From the NCBI RefSeq assembly GCF_006345805.1, contig NC_042999.1:44950001-45014000 (forward strand): a stretch of DNA of 64,000 nt, given 5' to 3'. Under the pieces are notes generated by a model. It was not told the origin of the DNA. It searched no databases and saw nothing but the letters and a program-made list of their open reading frames with translations. Position 1 is the stretch's first letter; each line of letters starts with the position of its first letter. The position numbers and the translations under genes were made by a program. Shown piece by piece: positions 12,950 through 26,740 of the stretch. The DNA comes from Octopus sinensis (taxonomy: Eukaryota).

Positions 12950-13135
12950 CATATTCAACATCCATTTTCCATGCTGGCATGGGTTGGATGGCTTGACAGG
13001 AACTGGTAAGGCCAGGGGGTCACATCAAGTTCCATAGTCTGTTTTGGCTGGGTTTCTACGGCTGTATGTCCTTCCTAACACCAACCTCTTTACAGTGTAT
13101 ACCGAGTGCTTTTTATGTGGCACCAGCACCAACAC
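12950..13135 (-). mobile_element. SINE B fragment
   Basis: CCATTTTCCATGCTGGCATGGGTTGGATGG..CTACGGCTG..CCTTCCTAACACCAAC. Confidence 0.75.
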
Positions 13136-14144
13136 CAATGCTTTTTATGAAACACCTTAGTTTTAGGATCTCAATTCTGTTGTGGTGGGCAGGTCCTCTT
13201 GAGTATAGCAATTCACCACACATACACACACACACACACACATACATACACACACACATTTACATACACACACATTTTCACACACACACACATATTTACA
13301 AATATGTAATATCACTTTTAGTTACCCATCTGATGTATGTTACAGTAAGATACCTCTTTTGTAACATGAGAGGAGGTTAGGCTGATATTGACTTCTGATG
13401 TCATCATCCTCTTCCTCATCCTCCTCATCATCATCGTTTAACGTCCGTTTTCCATGCTAGCATGGGTTGTTATTTAGGATAACATTTATGTGAAGACACA
13501 GCAAGCAATTCAAGAAGAATGAACTGGCATAAAAGGCCATTTGTAGAAGACATGATCAAGTCTGATCTCAGATGTTAAACCTTGCATTTAGTTTATATAT
13601 TAAGTGCCATAGAACCACATGGTTCACCAGCTATGTTTTGTTCAGATGCTTTTGGAATACAATAAAAGTTCAATAATCTAATTAATTTATACAACCAAAC
13701 CAAAATCTCTTTATTGTAATTGTTACTTTGCTAGTTGAACACGTGCATCATTAGTCTTCAATATGTCTATTGGTTCATACAAAACTGTGAATTGGATCTT
13801 TATTATGAACTTTTATCAGTGTTGCTGCCGCATCCTATCTAAAATATTCAACTACCATACAAAATTAGGCGCCTTTCTTTTAGATCTATTTCTTTGACTG
13901 AATGTTGTGCTGTCTCAAAGATTATTGGAGCTAATGGTAGTTAGCTAATGAACCTTTCACCTTATTTGCTAAACTATGTTATATGCTTTCTTGCTTCTCT
14001 TCTTCTCTCATTCTCTGACCATTTCAGTGAGTCGATGGTGACCACTTTAGAAACCATCTCTCTTGGACTGACAACCAACTTATACTAAAATGTGTATAGG
14101 TACCCTACCCTTTATTGCCATCATAGACAAGCATAGGAACTTCT

Positions 14145-14430
14145 GAGGCACAATAGTCTAGTGGTTAGAGCAGTGGGCTCGCGGGTTCGAATCTCAGACC
14201 GGGCGATGTGTGTGTTTATAAGCGAAACACCTATGCTCCACGCGGCTCTAGCAGAAGGTAATGGCGAAACTTTTGCTGACTCTTTCGTCACAACTTTCTC
14301 TCACTCTTTCCTCCTGCATCTTGCAGCTCACCTGCGATGGACTGGCGTCTCGTCCAGGTGGGGAACCTGTATGCCAAGAAACCGGGAAACCGGCCCTTAT
14401 GAGCCAGGCATGGCTCGAAAAGGAACAAAA
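14145..14430 (+). mobile_element. tRNA-headed SINE with a V-domain-like core
   Basis: A box TAGTCTAGTGG, B box GGTTCGAATC, core CCTGCGATGGACTGGCGTCTCGTCCAGG. The V-domain assignment is from memory. Confidence 0.7.
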
Positions 14431-14823
14431 ATAATAACAAAGGAACTTCTGCATGGCATGCCTAATTAAAAAACTAGCTTAAATTTTTCTAATAGTGACA
14501 TCAAGCCTGATGATGAACCATGTCCCATGTGTAGCTCTTCTTCGAAAGCTTGTCCATGGCTGCCTTATGGTTTTATAGAAAAATGTAATATAATGACCAC
14601 CATTTAATCTTTGAGATCAAATGATACCTAACTTCACAAGCTGAAGGAACAGAAACAGTGGTTGGGCTGATGTGTATTTAGTTCTGTCTCCTATTGTGTG
14701 AGATACATTAAGTTTACTTTCCATCTCTACGGTGTTGATAAAATATATACCAACTAGTGGGTACCATGGAAAATTCACAAGTGATTGGCTAAAAATGTGT
14801 TCCCTTTTATCATTTAGTGAATT

Positions 14824-14855
<32 letters not shown>

Positions 14856-15398
14856 AACACACACACACACACAAATATATATATATATATATTGAGAGAG
14901 AGAGAAAATATGATGGGTTTAGTTCACTTGTGATCTTAATGAATAGGTACACTGGGTGTTATATATATATATATATATATATATAATCAAAAGTGTACGT
15001 TATTACTGACTTGCAACACAACCAACCTAGTGGTGATGTTTCTGTATCAAAAGGGCATAATTCTTAACTCAATCCTCTACTCATTTGTTTCGTCATCTTT
15101 TTTCTCAGCAGCTTCAAACTGGATGTGCCCATACACTTCCAACAATAGAGAGCAGTCACCATATTTCATTCCATATTCGCTACCTCTGATGAGCGTAGGG
15201 TTTTATAATCAGATTGTTACCTAACACTCTGCTGAATATCTAGCATGAAACCGATTGGTAAGATCAGCTGTAATGGATATATAATACTGCACACATCAGA
15301 TAATATACCCACTCTATTGACAGATATACGAGTGTATTTTTTCCTGGTTTATGAACTTTCAGACGGCTTACACACTTACATATCTATCTATCTGTCAG

Positions 15399-15454
<56 letters not shown>

Positions 15455-15484
15455 CCTGTCTATCTTCTATCTATCTATACATAC

Positions 15485-15532
<48 letters not shown>

Positions 15533-15640
15533 GCACACACACACACACACATGGAAAAATAATGATAAAATTAAAAAGAAAATGTGCTTTTCCTTTCTAT
15601 CTATTTATCTTCTATCTATCTATCTAGTTATCCATCTATC

Positions 15641-15711
<71 letters not shown>

Positions 15712-16499
15712 CATACATATACATGCACACACACACACACACACACACACATAGACACATGGAAAAATAATGATAAAATTAAAAAGAAAATGTGCTTTTC
15801 CTTTTATATCACAGTTAATTAATTCTGAAGTATATTATTGCAGTCAAATCATTTCAAAATACAATAACATGCACTGGAAAACAGATTATCACAATCAAAT
15901 TATTTCGAAATACATTTTCATAATTACTCGTAGGAAAATTGGAAGAGATGTTTAGATGATTGTTTAGGGAAAATGTTTGGATAGACTTTCTATATTCAAG
16001 ACTCTCATAAATAATATTTACAATAACATTTACTTTACTGTTTACTATGGAATACAGCAAAAATTGATTTCCCTTTTTTGACATATTAAAGAAAAACAAT
16101 ATAGGATTGAGACCTGTATATTATAAACCAATAGACTTGAGACAATATTTAATTTTTTACTTTGTGCCATCCAAAACAAACAAGAGTCAGAGTATCCTAC
16201 ACAATCTAGCCATAAGGGTAATATGATTGTATCAAGTTCAAATAACCAAATGAAAATACTAAAGGAAGTGATTTTCTGAACAGAAGATGTTACCTGCCAT
16301 TTGTAATTAACAATGCTATTTCACCTGTCACTACATTCTGAGTTCAAATTCTGCTTAGGTTGACTTTGTCTCTCATCCTGTTGGGGTCGATAAATTAAGT
16401 ACCAGTGAAACACTGGGGTCCATATAATCAACTAGTCCTCTCCCCCAAAATTTCAGGCCTTGTGCCTATAGTAGAAAGGGTTATTAATTAACAATGCAG

Positions 16500-17120
16500 T
16501 CAAAAGAGTAAAAGCAATTAATATTAGTGATTTAATACTATGAAAAACCAAAACAGAAACAAATGTTTTACTGAGCATCTCAATTTATAACCCTAATAAT
16601 ATTGAGTATTTTAATATAATTAAGCTAAAATTAGGGGAATTTTAGAAAAGCAAAAATGAATAAAGAGTAAAAAGCAGCCACATACAGGATTGAGTAAAAA
16701 GCAGCAGTAAGGAGATTTTAAATAAGTGCCCAATTATCTACCAGCATAACAGTAAACCCAACAGTTAAAAAATACCAAAGTTCAAATTATCAAATTTGTA
16801 TTAATAAGTAAATTTTTGAAATAAAAAATTATTTTCCAAGCCTTTCAGAAAACTTACTCTATTTCATAATATGCGGTGGGTGTAATGATAATTATATTGG
16901 CCAAACAAGTGTGTCACTTAGAAACGCATGCTGATTCACTGATGACAAATATGAGATCAAAATATTACAAAAATTTGACTCACTGAGCATTTTGACAGAT
17001 GTGCAGGAACTTGGCAATCACATTTTAAACTTTTCCTCATATATTGATGTGCAGAACAGCAAAGGATCTATAACAAAACATTTTTTATTATAAAATATAA
17101 ACCAAGTTTACCTCATTAAC
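16500..17120 (+). pseudogene. Highly decayed Penelope-like (Neptune-type) linker and GIY-YIG remnant
   Basis: ENLLYFIICGGCNDNYIGQTSVSLRNR, later FIIKYKPSL; multiple stops and frameshifts. Confidence 0.72.
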
Positions 17121-17794
17121 CAAATATTTACACCTATTTTTAATTCTCTTATTAGCATATTTTTCCTTATATTTTTGAATAGTTTTCTTTATATTTTTGA
17201 ATAGTTAAGATACAAAAATTTGCATACCTACTTAATTTGGGTCTATTAACATATTAAATATTACCTTACTTATTACCTAGATAGTCTACAATAAGGCTAC
17301 TTAGAGAAGACAGACTATATATTAAATGAAAGCTTGCTGCAAACCATTACTCACGTACATTATGATGAATATCTTCTGCAAAAAATGAAATTTGTTTGCG
17401 ATTATGTACTTTAAAATATTTAATTATGTATTTTTACAGTTATGTATTTTGGAGTGTTTAATAATGTATTTTGAAATGATTTGAATTTAAAAATGTACTT
17501 TGGAATCTGTAATCTTGAAATCATTTGGTTGTAGTAATGTATTTTGTATATGATATAATATTTTGAAATTTGTTATATGTTTTGAAATAATTTGATTGTG
17601 ATAATCTGTTTTCCAATGAATATTTTTAGATTTTTAAATGCTTTGACTATAATAATGTATTTGGAATTAACTGCAACGTACAAGGAAAACCACATTTTTT
17701 TCTTTTATAATAATTTTTCCATACACATACATGCAAGCACATATGACACATAATATATGCATGTATATATATATGTACACACACATACACACAT

Positions 17795-18241
17795 ACAGGC
17801 ATGGCTGTGTAGTAAAAATCTTACTTCTCAAACACATGGTTCTGGGTTCAGTCCCACTGCATAGCACCTTGGGCTAGTGTATTCTACTTTAGCCTTGGGC
17901 TGATTGATGCCTTGTGAGTGGATTTGGTAGATGGAAACTGAAAGAAGCTCATAGTATAAATATATATATATGTATATATAGTTATCTGTGTGTATCTTTG
18001 TACTTGTGTTTCCCCCCCACCTCACCACCATCACTTGACAACTGATGCTGGTGTGTTTACGTCCCTGTAACCTAGCAGCTCAGTAAAAGTGACTGGTAGA
18101 ATAAATACTAGGCTCACATAGAATAAGTATTGGGATTGATTTCTTCAACTAAAACCCTTTATGGTGGTGCTCCAGCATGGCCACAGTCAAATGACTGAAA
18201 CATGTAAAGGAATAAAAGAATGTATGTGCATATGTGTGTGA

Positions 18242-18287
<46 letters not shown>

Positions 18288-18830
18288 CGGGAAGCTTTAT
18301 GAAAATAGACAAAAGACGAAGGCAGGTGGAAAACAAACAAACAATTGTATTAGTATGGCGCTCAGGAAATATAAATAAAACAAGTCTTTAAATATATATA
18401 TATATATATATATAGGTGGAGGAGTGGCTGTGTGGTAAGTAGCTTGCTTACCAACCACATGGTTCCGGGTTCAGTCACACTGCATGGCATCTTGAGCAAG
18501 TGTCTTCTACTATAGCCTTGGTCCGACCAAAGCCTTGTGAGTGGATTTGGTAGACGGAAACTGAAAGAAGCCCGTCATATATATGTATATATATATATAT
18601 GTGTGTATGTTTGTGTGTCTGTGTTTGTCCCCCTAGCATTGCTTGACAACCAATGCTGGTGTGTTTACGGCACTGTCACTTAGCAGTTCGGCAAAAGGGA
18701 CTGATATAATAAGTACTGGGCTTACAAAGAATAAGTCCCGGGGTCGATTTGCTCGACTAAAGGCGGTGCTCCAGCATGGTCGCAGTCAAATGACTGAAAC
18801 AAGTAAAAGAGTAAAAGAGTAAAAGAGAGA
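17795..18830 (+). mobile_element. Two SINE A copies (17795-18215, 18416-18830) with a pLTR-like fragment between them (18290-18390)
   Basis: Family similarity; the middle piece is the reverse complement of part of 51570-51660. Confidence 0.85.
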
Positions 18831-18952
18831 ATATATTTAATTCACTCTCCAAATTATCTTAATTATCTTTTGAGTTTGTTATTCTAAGTGGCTGCACATA
18901 ACTTCCTTAGCTTCTTTTGAATCTCTTGGAATATCATACATATACATTTGTA

Positions 18953-18984
<32 letters not shown>

Positions 18985-19139
18985 TCATCATCATCATCAT
19001 CATTGGCTTCATATTATTGCCTGTTTTTCATGTCTACATTGTTTGAATGTGTTTTTAATTCAATACAGTGTCCTGTTACTTGTATCCCTTTGTAATCTCC
19101 TTTGTGAAGTTCAGCTTTCTGAGACAAGCATTTAACACT

Positions 19140-19615
19140 TCTGCCCATGGCTTCTTCAGTTTTCTTCTTCGGCTGGTTCTTTTCACACAAATCTTTTGGC
19201 CCTACTTCACCTACCTGTCATAATCCATATGCTTTACAAGTCCACATATCCGTAGCTTTCTCTTTTGCACACTAAAACTGATTCTTCACTTAGTTTTTCT
19301 CTCATCTCCTCCTATGCTTCTTTGTTCATGCACACTGACATTACACATCCAGCAGTGCATGCTTGCTTTATTTCTTTCCAATCTTAGCACATCCTCTACA
19401 TTCAGTTGCCATGTCTCACTATAGCACAGCATTATAGTGAATAAAGACTTTGCTTGTGGCAGATGTAGAAGAGTAGCAAACTCCCAGGGCATCAATAAAA
19501 TAAATTCCTTGCAATGCTCTGAAGACTCCATAGTAGTTGATAGCTTCTGTTACCTAGGAAATCTAATTAGCAGTGGAGGAGGATGTTCTGAAATCATAGT
19601 AGCCAGACATTTCTA
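19140..19615. mobile_element. RTE-like LINE fragment with a 5' inversion
   Basis: Minus 19140-19435: MLCYSETWQLNVEDVLRLERNKASMHCWMCNVSVHE. Plus 19440-19615: FACGRC..VVDSFCYLGNLISSGGGCSEIIVAR, which is the upstream part of the same RT. Confidence 0.75.
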
Positions 19616-20436
19616 TATATATGGACAGTTACATTCATTTCTACTCAGTAAGAAGCTAACTACATGAAATGCAGATATAGTGAAATTACCATAGTAACTA
19701 ATTGCTTTTGATGTGCATGTCACTGAAACGGAGAGAGTGTGAAAGGGAGAGAAAGAGAGAGCTGGCGACACCGTACTAATTATATTAGTAGATCATATAT
19801 TGGGATCAATTCAAGTGTCTAAAACACTCACATACAAATATATTGCTCTGTTTCAATATAAGCAATAGATAATTTATCATTAACACCTAATATTTTACAC
19901 AGCATGTCTGATAGTTAGTTTACCATGCCTGACCACTTTGTCTTTTCACCTATGATAATTTCTCCTCTCTCCAATTTGTTATTGGAAGAAGGAATTATTT
20001 TTTTTTTACAGAAATCAATTTTAATATGATTCAGCAAATGATACAAATTCAATTTCTCATTCACCTGTCTAGTCACACAGAAAATCCCAAATACGGTTTC
20101 TAATTTTCATTACAAATATCCTTCATGACATTTTATTCAATAACATTACAAATAACAGTTATTTTCAGAAAGTTCATGAAATATATATGTTACAAAAAAA
20201 AAAACAAAACAAAACTTTTTGAAGAAAAGAAAAAAAAAAACAAAGAAAGAAAGAGAAAAGGATAATTCAAATTTTTAAAATATTTTATCTGAATATTTCA
20301 TGTTTGAAGAAAGCATGCTGAGTTTGATTAACATAAAATTAAAAAATTAATATATTTTTGTGTTCTTTTTAGAAATATTTTTTCAATTACATACGCACAT
20401 ACATAAATACATAAATACTGATATATATATATATAC

Positions 20437-20467
<31 letters not shown>

Positions 20468-20928
20468 CATACATACATACATACATACATACATACATAC
20501 ATACATACATACATGCATGCATGCATGCAAGCATAATATATACATACATACATATATGCACACATACATATAGGTACATTCATAATACATGCATACACAC
20601 ACACACACATGTATATAAATTAGTTGTCTAAGCCATAATTAATTTCTTAAGTAAACAAAAAAAAAAAAATTAAATAAACTAAAGATGAAAATAAAAAATG
20701 ATATTTGTATTTCAGTTATGTTTATTTCTGTTTTGTTTCTTATCAAAATGAAACAGGTTTTCTACAAAATATTTTGGTGCCAACACTAACAACACCAATA
20801 GCAAACCAGAATATTTTTTGTCAACTCTGTAATGAGCTTGACTAGGAGCTATGCATAGTTTTGTCACGAAAAGCTATAATCAACCTGTTTATTATTGTGT
20901 GAAAAAATATTGAAAAAAAAAAAAAATC

Positions 20929-21001
20929 TCATCTCAGCATGGGGTGAACTTTCCTATTCCCAAGTGTATGACAGAAGCTTTCAAACCAAGACATGAAGAA
21001 A
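20929..21001 (-). CDS. Candidate terminal coding exon of an unidentified host gene (xFFMSWFESFCHTLGNRKVHPMLR*)
   Basis: Strong acceptor TTTCTAATTTCTTTCTTCCTCTTAACAG, open frame to TGA, then a non-repetitive U-rich stretch with AATAAA. No homology recognised. Confidence 0.35.
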
Positions 21002-21473
21002 CTGTTAAGAGGAAGAAAGAAATTAGAAAGACCGAAAGAGAGAAAGAGAGCGCATGACCTTTTCAATTAAGAGTAATGAAAATAATTTTTAGCAATTTGA
21101 GGAACACAAACATATTCTTTGACAAGTTGGTCCTCTAATAATACCTGATAATTATAGTTATGGCAAATTACAAAAATCAATAATAAACCTAAACAACAAA
21201 CCACATGCATCTGAATAATAAAAAAAAAAATTGTTAAGTTCCTGTGATTTAAGCAATAAAATCATATAATCATGATGCAAAATTAATACCATTGTCCTTT
21301 CTCAGAATATCATGCACATAGAATAATATTCCAATTTTGAATGAATGGCAGACACTTTTAAAAAAAAAAATCTTCAAATTGTATTTTTAGCATTCTTTCA
21401 CACGTTTCTAATTAAGATAGGAACTAACTACTGATTCATGTGTTTGTTTTACATTAATAATTTGCTATATATA

Positions 21474-21509
<36 letters not shown>

Positions 21510-21511
21510 TG

Positions 21512-21557
<46 letters not shown>

Positions 21558-21612
21558 GGTATGTATATATATGTATGTATATCATATATATATATATATA
21601 TGTGTGTGTATA

Positions 21613-21645
<33 letters not shown>

Positions 21646-22136
21646 AGTAAGAATACATACATTCATATTATACACATATATATATACATGTATATGTATG
21701 AGTGTTCTTTTTCTGTTTTTAATTTAGAGTTAATTTTGACCAACCACTTGCTTGACACCAAGTTTGTGAAGAAAATGCATCTTGTTTTGTTCATCATCCT
21801 TTATAATCTTAACAACATCTTGCAGATTTTTATAGCACCAGGCATTGCAACCATTTGTCGTATATGAATTAAGGAGTTGTGTTCTCTCCCCAACATCCTA
21901 AGTTCAACCATATTTTACTACTGATGGATTGGTGCGTATCCTGTTGCTCCAATAGCAACAGATATGAAGCTGAGAGTGTATCTTGGGGATTGAATTTGCA
22001 AACAGCTTATCAATGGTTCATAGATGTCCTCTATCTCCTTTATTTTTCTTCTTTGATGTCCAAGGGAGCAGCTGATTTCTATAACAGGCCATATCTTTTC
22101 CCTGCGGTCCCACACAACAATATCTGGCTGACTGTT

Positions 22137-22366
22137 TTAACCCTTTCATTACTGTATTTATTTTGAGGTGCACTGTGTTTCTTCCAATTAATTTTAAATA
22201 TAACAAAGAATTTCGTAAAATAACTTAGCTATCATTAAGCTAGTGTTACGAACATAAATTGTAACTTAAGTTTGGTGGAAGATTTTAATTTGAAACTTAT
22301 TAAAACAAAACATTTGTACTACAGAGCCAGAGGCGGTTTTAGTCAGGTTTATATCGAAAGGGTTAA
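22137..22366. mobile_element. piggyBac-like MITE
   Basis: TTAA-CCCTTTC ... GAAAGGG-TTAA (TIR plus TTAA TSD). Confidence 0.82.
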
Positions 22367-22619
22367 TGTACATTATTTACATTATTTACAATTGACGGAT
22401 ATTTGTCCTCATCTTGTTTGTTGTTAACACAATGCTTCGGCTGATATACCCTCCTGCCTTCATCAGGTGTCTTGGGGAAATTTTGAACCTGGGTTCTCAT
22501 TCCTGAGGTATTTTTCGATGTTATTATTATTATTATTATTATTATTCAGGTCACTGCCTGGAATTGAACTCAGAATCTTGGAGTTAGTAGCTCGCGCTCT
22601 TAACCACTACGCCATATGC
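22367..22619 (-). mobile_element. tRNA-headed SINE carrying a minimal hammerhead-like motif
   Basis: A box TGGCGTAGTGG, B box GAGTTCAATTC, (TAA)n, then ACAC CTGATGA A GGC..GCC GAAGC ATT GTGT (22427-22470). Confidence 0.72.
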
Positions 22620-23984
22620 TCTTTTAATTTTTCAGTTCCACTAATATTCTTTTTATCTATCAGTTTCAATATAGTCAACATTATCCATGTGTATGCTTTT
22701 TTTTTATGTCATCTTGCTCCTGACCATTCTAGCTCCTGTATTATGGTTCATGGGAAGATAATATCAGGAAGATATTCTCTTGCAGTTGGCAGCAATGTGG
22801 TTGATGTCATCAGTCTTGGATTTGCACAGACTACCTTTGTTGTCTGCCAATGTTTTTCTGCATTTCATGCTGCAGGTACCTGGTAGGGATCTCTTGTTCT
22901 TGAATTGGGAGTAGCCTTCAAAGTGATATGTTACAAGCTTGTTGGTGATCAATTCCTTCTATGGTTTGCGTTTTTTTGTGTCAGGTACCCATGGACTATT
23001 TTCTCAGTGAATTGGCCCCTGTTTTATACTTTGTTCTTTTGACAAACAGAATTTACCAATGATCTTTGGGGGAGAGATCTGTATCAATTTTTATTTCTTA
23101 CCTCTCCTCAAGTTCATTGGCTATCCTAATTATGCTGTTGTTTCCATGGTTACAAACTTATGCAAGAGAGTTACTATTAGTATCTTTCCTCTGCTGAAGA
23201 TGTTGCTTCAGAGTCACAATATGTGCTTAGTTGTGAAATCAATTCAAATTCGAGACTGTGGCCACTCTCCTTGTTTAGGAAGTGTAGCATTATCTACATC
23301 TCCATTGATATTGAAGTTTCCAGAAACACCGAGCAGCTTGCAAGTTTGAACATCTATATTCCTTTATATATGTATTACTGTGTCTACATCAGTGAGATGG
23401 GTTACCAAAATTATTATCTTACTTCTGTACTGTGCTATTTAATTATAAAGTTTGTTGTTTAAGGCACCAGGAAGACTAACAACACTGTTTCCTATCTTAA
23501 ATTCAGTTGTTTTAATCTTTTTCACCTTTCATTATTTGTTTGAGGGTTTATTTTCAAATTGATTCAAGCAATGTGAAAATAATGAATACATAATCCACTT
23601 TTCATAGAATACTTCATTGATGAAAATACAATGAATGCAAAAGCTAAATATTGTAAGAACAATACTCTTCACTCTTCTAATTACTGTAATACTTGTTTGA
23701 TACTTGTCTCTTTTGCTGATGGCAAAAAGGTAAAATTTTTAATTTACATTGTTTGTCCATTTTAAAATGCTTCCTTTAATATGCAATATATTCAGTTTAA
23801 AAGCAAAAACAAAGAATTTTTGAAAGAATTAGGAAGTTAATTTACATTACCTCTATTTTCATTTTCATTTAAGGTGGTTTTCAGTTGGATAAATTATTGA
23901 AATAAATTAGTGAAATAAATTATTGAAATAAATAATCTGCAAACTCAGTATATACATTTTACAATACTTATGTTTACTTAGATA

Positions 23985-24440
23985 AGTGATCCTCAAACTT
24001 TTATGCACCAAGGACTGGTTTCATGCAAGACAGATTTTTCATGGACCAGGGGGATCATGTGCATAACAAAACACAACGAAGAACATCATCATCATCATCA
24101 TCATCATCATTTAGCGTCTGTTCTCCATGCTAGCATGGGTTGGACGGTTCAACTGGGGTCTGTGAAGCTGGAAGGCTTCATCAGGCCCAGTCAGATCTGG
24201 CAGTGTTTCTACGGCTGGATGCCCTTCCTAACGCCAACCACTCCACCATAATTTAATTATTACTTATATAATACATATATATTACATATATAATGCATAT
24301 ATAATGCAAAAATTCCATGGAAACTGAAATAGTCAATAAAATAGAAAAAGAATTTCAAAATTTATTCTTTCTGTGTGGCCCAGTAATGACCTACAGACTG
24401 GTATTGGTCTATGGCCCAGGAGGTGAAATTCCTCGATTTA
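23985..24440. mobile_element. hAT-Charlie (MER1-like) non-autonomous element with a SINE B inserted (24085-24248)
   Basis: Left end GTGATCCTCAAACTTTTATGCACCAAGGACTGGTTTCATGCAAGACAGATTTTTCATGGAC; right end ..GACTGGTATTGGTCTATGGCCCAGGAGGT resembles MER1-type ends. Confidence 0.55.
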
Positions 24441-25569
24441 GATGAATTTTCCATTAGCATTGTTCCTTGTCAATGTTCTATATTCATTATCATGATGTCC
24501 ATTTCTGTGGTCAAATTTTTTATGATCTGTAAATATTCTCAGTTGGATCACTAACTCTGCTAATAATCATCTATGTATGAACACTGAAGTCAAATAATTC
24601 AAGATGCACCTGCTTAAAACTTTGTCCTTGACTCTTATTTATTGACCTAACAAAAACAGGCCTTATGGAAATTGCAATCTTTTTAGTGGGAATGGTAAAT
24701 CAGTGTTAGAAAGTTCAAGAGACATCTTGAGGATCCCCGACATCCTTCTCTTATCTAGCATATGCAAATTCAACATCAACATTGTTTTAGCAGCTTCTTT
24801 TCTATACTTGCATGGATCAGATGGAATTCGTTGTGGTGAATTTTCTTATAACATGATGCATTTCCTGTCACCAGCCTTCACCTGTTCCCAAGCAAGGTAA
24901 TATTTCCCCATGGTCAGACATGTTTTCACAGAAGATTGGACATGAAAGACACCACCTGCAAGACAGTAATGCTCACTTACAACTATCACATGATGTCAAG
25001 ACAAAGAGACAGTAACACACACACTCACACACACGCACACATGCACACACACACACACACACACACGACAGGCTTCTTTTTGTTTCCATCAACCAAATCC
25101 ATTCACAAGCCCATTCACTGGGCTATAGTAGAAAATACTTGTCCAAGGTGTCGTGAAGTCGACTAAACTTGAAACCATGTGGTTGTGAAAGAAACTCCTC
25201 ACCATACAGACACATCTGCACCAATAATTCAATGAAAATATTGATTAAATTCACATTTTTGCTGGCAGTAAGTCTGAAGAGTCATTAGAATGTTGGACAG
25301 AATGTCTTGCAGTATCTATTCCAACTCTTGGTCATCTGAGTTCAAATCCAGCGAAGGCCCCAATAAAAAATTACCAATAACTGAATGATGGATTGGCAGA
25401 ACTGAAAGAATGATAAACCACATGCCTCATAGTGTTTGTTCTGTTTCTTTGTGCCCAGAATTCAACTTAATCCTTTTTCCAGGCAAACACCACCACCTAA
25501 CAGCTAAAGAAAAGAAAAAGGTTACCTTCTCAAGTCATATCAATTGATAAAGGGCAGTTTCTCAGTTTC

Positions 25570-26740
25570 TAAGCTTTACAAATTCCCCACCTGGATAGGA
25601 CGCTGGTCTGTCACAGGATTACTCATTTTTGCCAGTTGAGTGGACTGGAGCAACGCAAAATGAAGTGTTTTGCTCAAGAACACAATGCATTACCCAGTTC
25701 AGATATCGAAATCACAATCTTACAATCACGAGTCCAACACTCTAACCACTAAGCTACATGCCTCCACTACCTGACAGCTAAGGTACCAGGTGGTACTGTT
25801 TTGGGCATTGTCTTCCCTTCTCTCTATGAACATGTAGTTAGAATGCCACAGGAAAGTATCACAAGACAGTTTCTTCATGCTAAGTCAGCAGACAGCAGAC
25901 CTAGGGGTAGTCTAAGTATGAGAAGGTTGTAGTTTCAGTTGGCCATGCTTGGGAATCCAGCCAGAAAGTATAATGACTGTTGCTTCTGTTAGGACCTTAT
26001 GGAGGAGGTAGTGGAGGTGCGTGGCTTAGTGGTTAGGGTGTTGGACTTGTGATCATAAGATTGTAATTTCGATTCCTGGACTGGGCCATGCATTGTGTTC
26101 TTGAGCAATCTAAGTTGTTGCGATGGACTGGACCCACTGCACTCTTGGAGTGGTTGGCATTAGGAAGGGCACCTAGCTGTAGAAATTAAGTCAAATCAAA
26201 CTAGAACCTGGTACAGATGTCTCTCTGTAGTTCCAGCCAAACTGTCTTACCCATGCCAGCATGGAAAGTAGATGCTAAATGATGATGAGGATGATGATGA
26301 ACATGTGATAGATGGACAGATAGGAGTGGCTGTGTGGTAAGTAGCTTGCTTACCAACCACATGGTTCTAGGTTCAGTCCCACTGCATGGCACCTTGGGCA
26401 AGTGTCTTCTACTAAAGCCTTGGGCTGACCAAAGCCTTGTGAATGGATTTGGTAGATGGAAACTGAAAGAAGCCCATCGTATATATATCTCTCTCTATAT
26501 ATATATGTTTGTTTGTGTATATGTTTGTGTGTCTGTGTTTGTCCCACCAACATTGCTTGACAACCAATGCTGGTGTGTTTACATTCCCGTAACTTAGCGG
26601 TTTGGCAAAAGAGACCGATAGAATAAGTACTAAGCTTACAAAGAATAAGTCCTGGGGTCGATTTGTTCAACTAAAGGCGGTGCTCCAGCATGACCACAGT
26701 CAAATGACTGAAAGAAGTAAAAGAGAAAAGAGAGTAAAGT
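25570..26740. mobile_element. SINE cluster: family D minus (25570-25770), tRNA head plus (26010-26110), B plus (26140-26300), A plus (26321-26740)
   Basis: Family similarity; Pol III boxes TGGCTTAGTGG and ATTTCGATTCC. Confidence 0.8.

Larger units (their letters stand above)
21800..23460 (-). pseudogene. R4/Dong-like RLE non-LTR retrotransposon remnant (RT C-terminus, CCHC knuckle, RLE), interrupted by nested elements
   Basis: IDVQTCKLLGVSGNFNINGDVD; LKQHLQQRKD; TYHFEGY; LCKSKTDDINHIAANCKRISS*YYLP; QPDIVVWDRREKIWPVIEISC..YEPLISCLQIQSPRYTLSFISVAIGATGY; IKICKMLL. Confidence 0.85.

Noticed and set aside
14392-14425. CTTATGAGCCA..TGGCTCGAAA in the SINE tail as a hammerhead
   Set aside because: Core CUUAUGA, stem II out of register with GAAA, and no stem III/NUH.
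26010-26085. tRNA genes here and at 14145, 22545 and 31735
   Set aside because: A and B boxes are present but there is no complete cloverleaf, and each continues into a SINE body.
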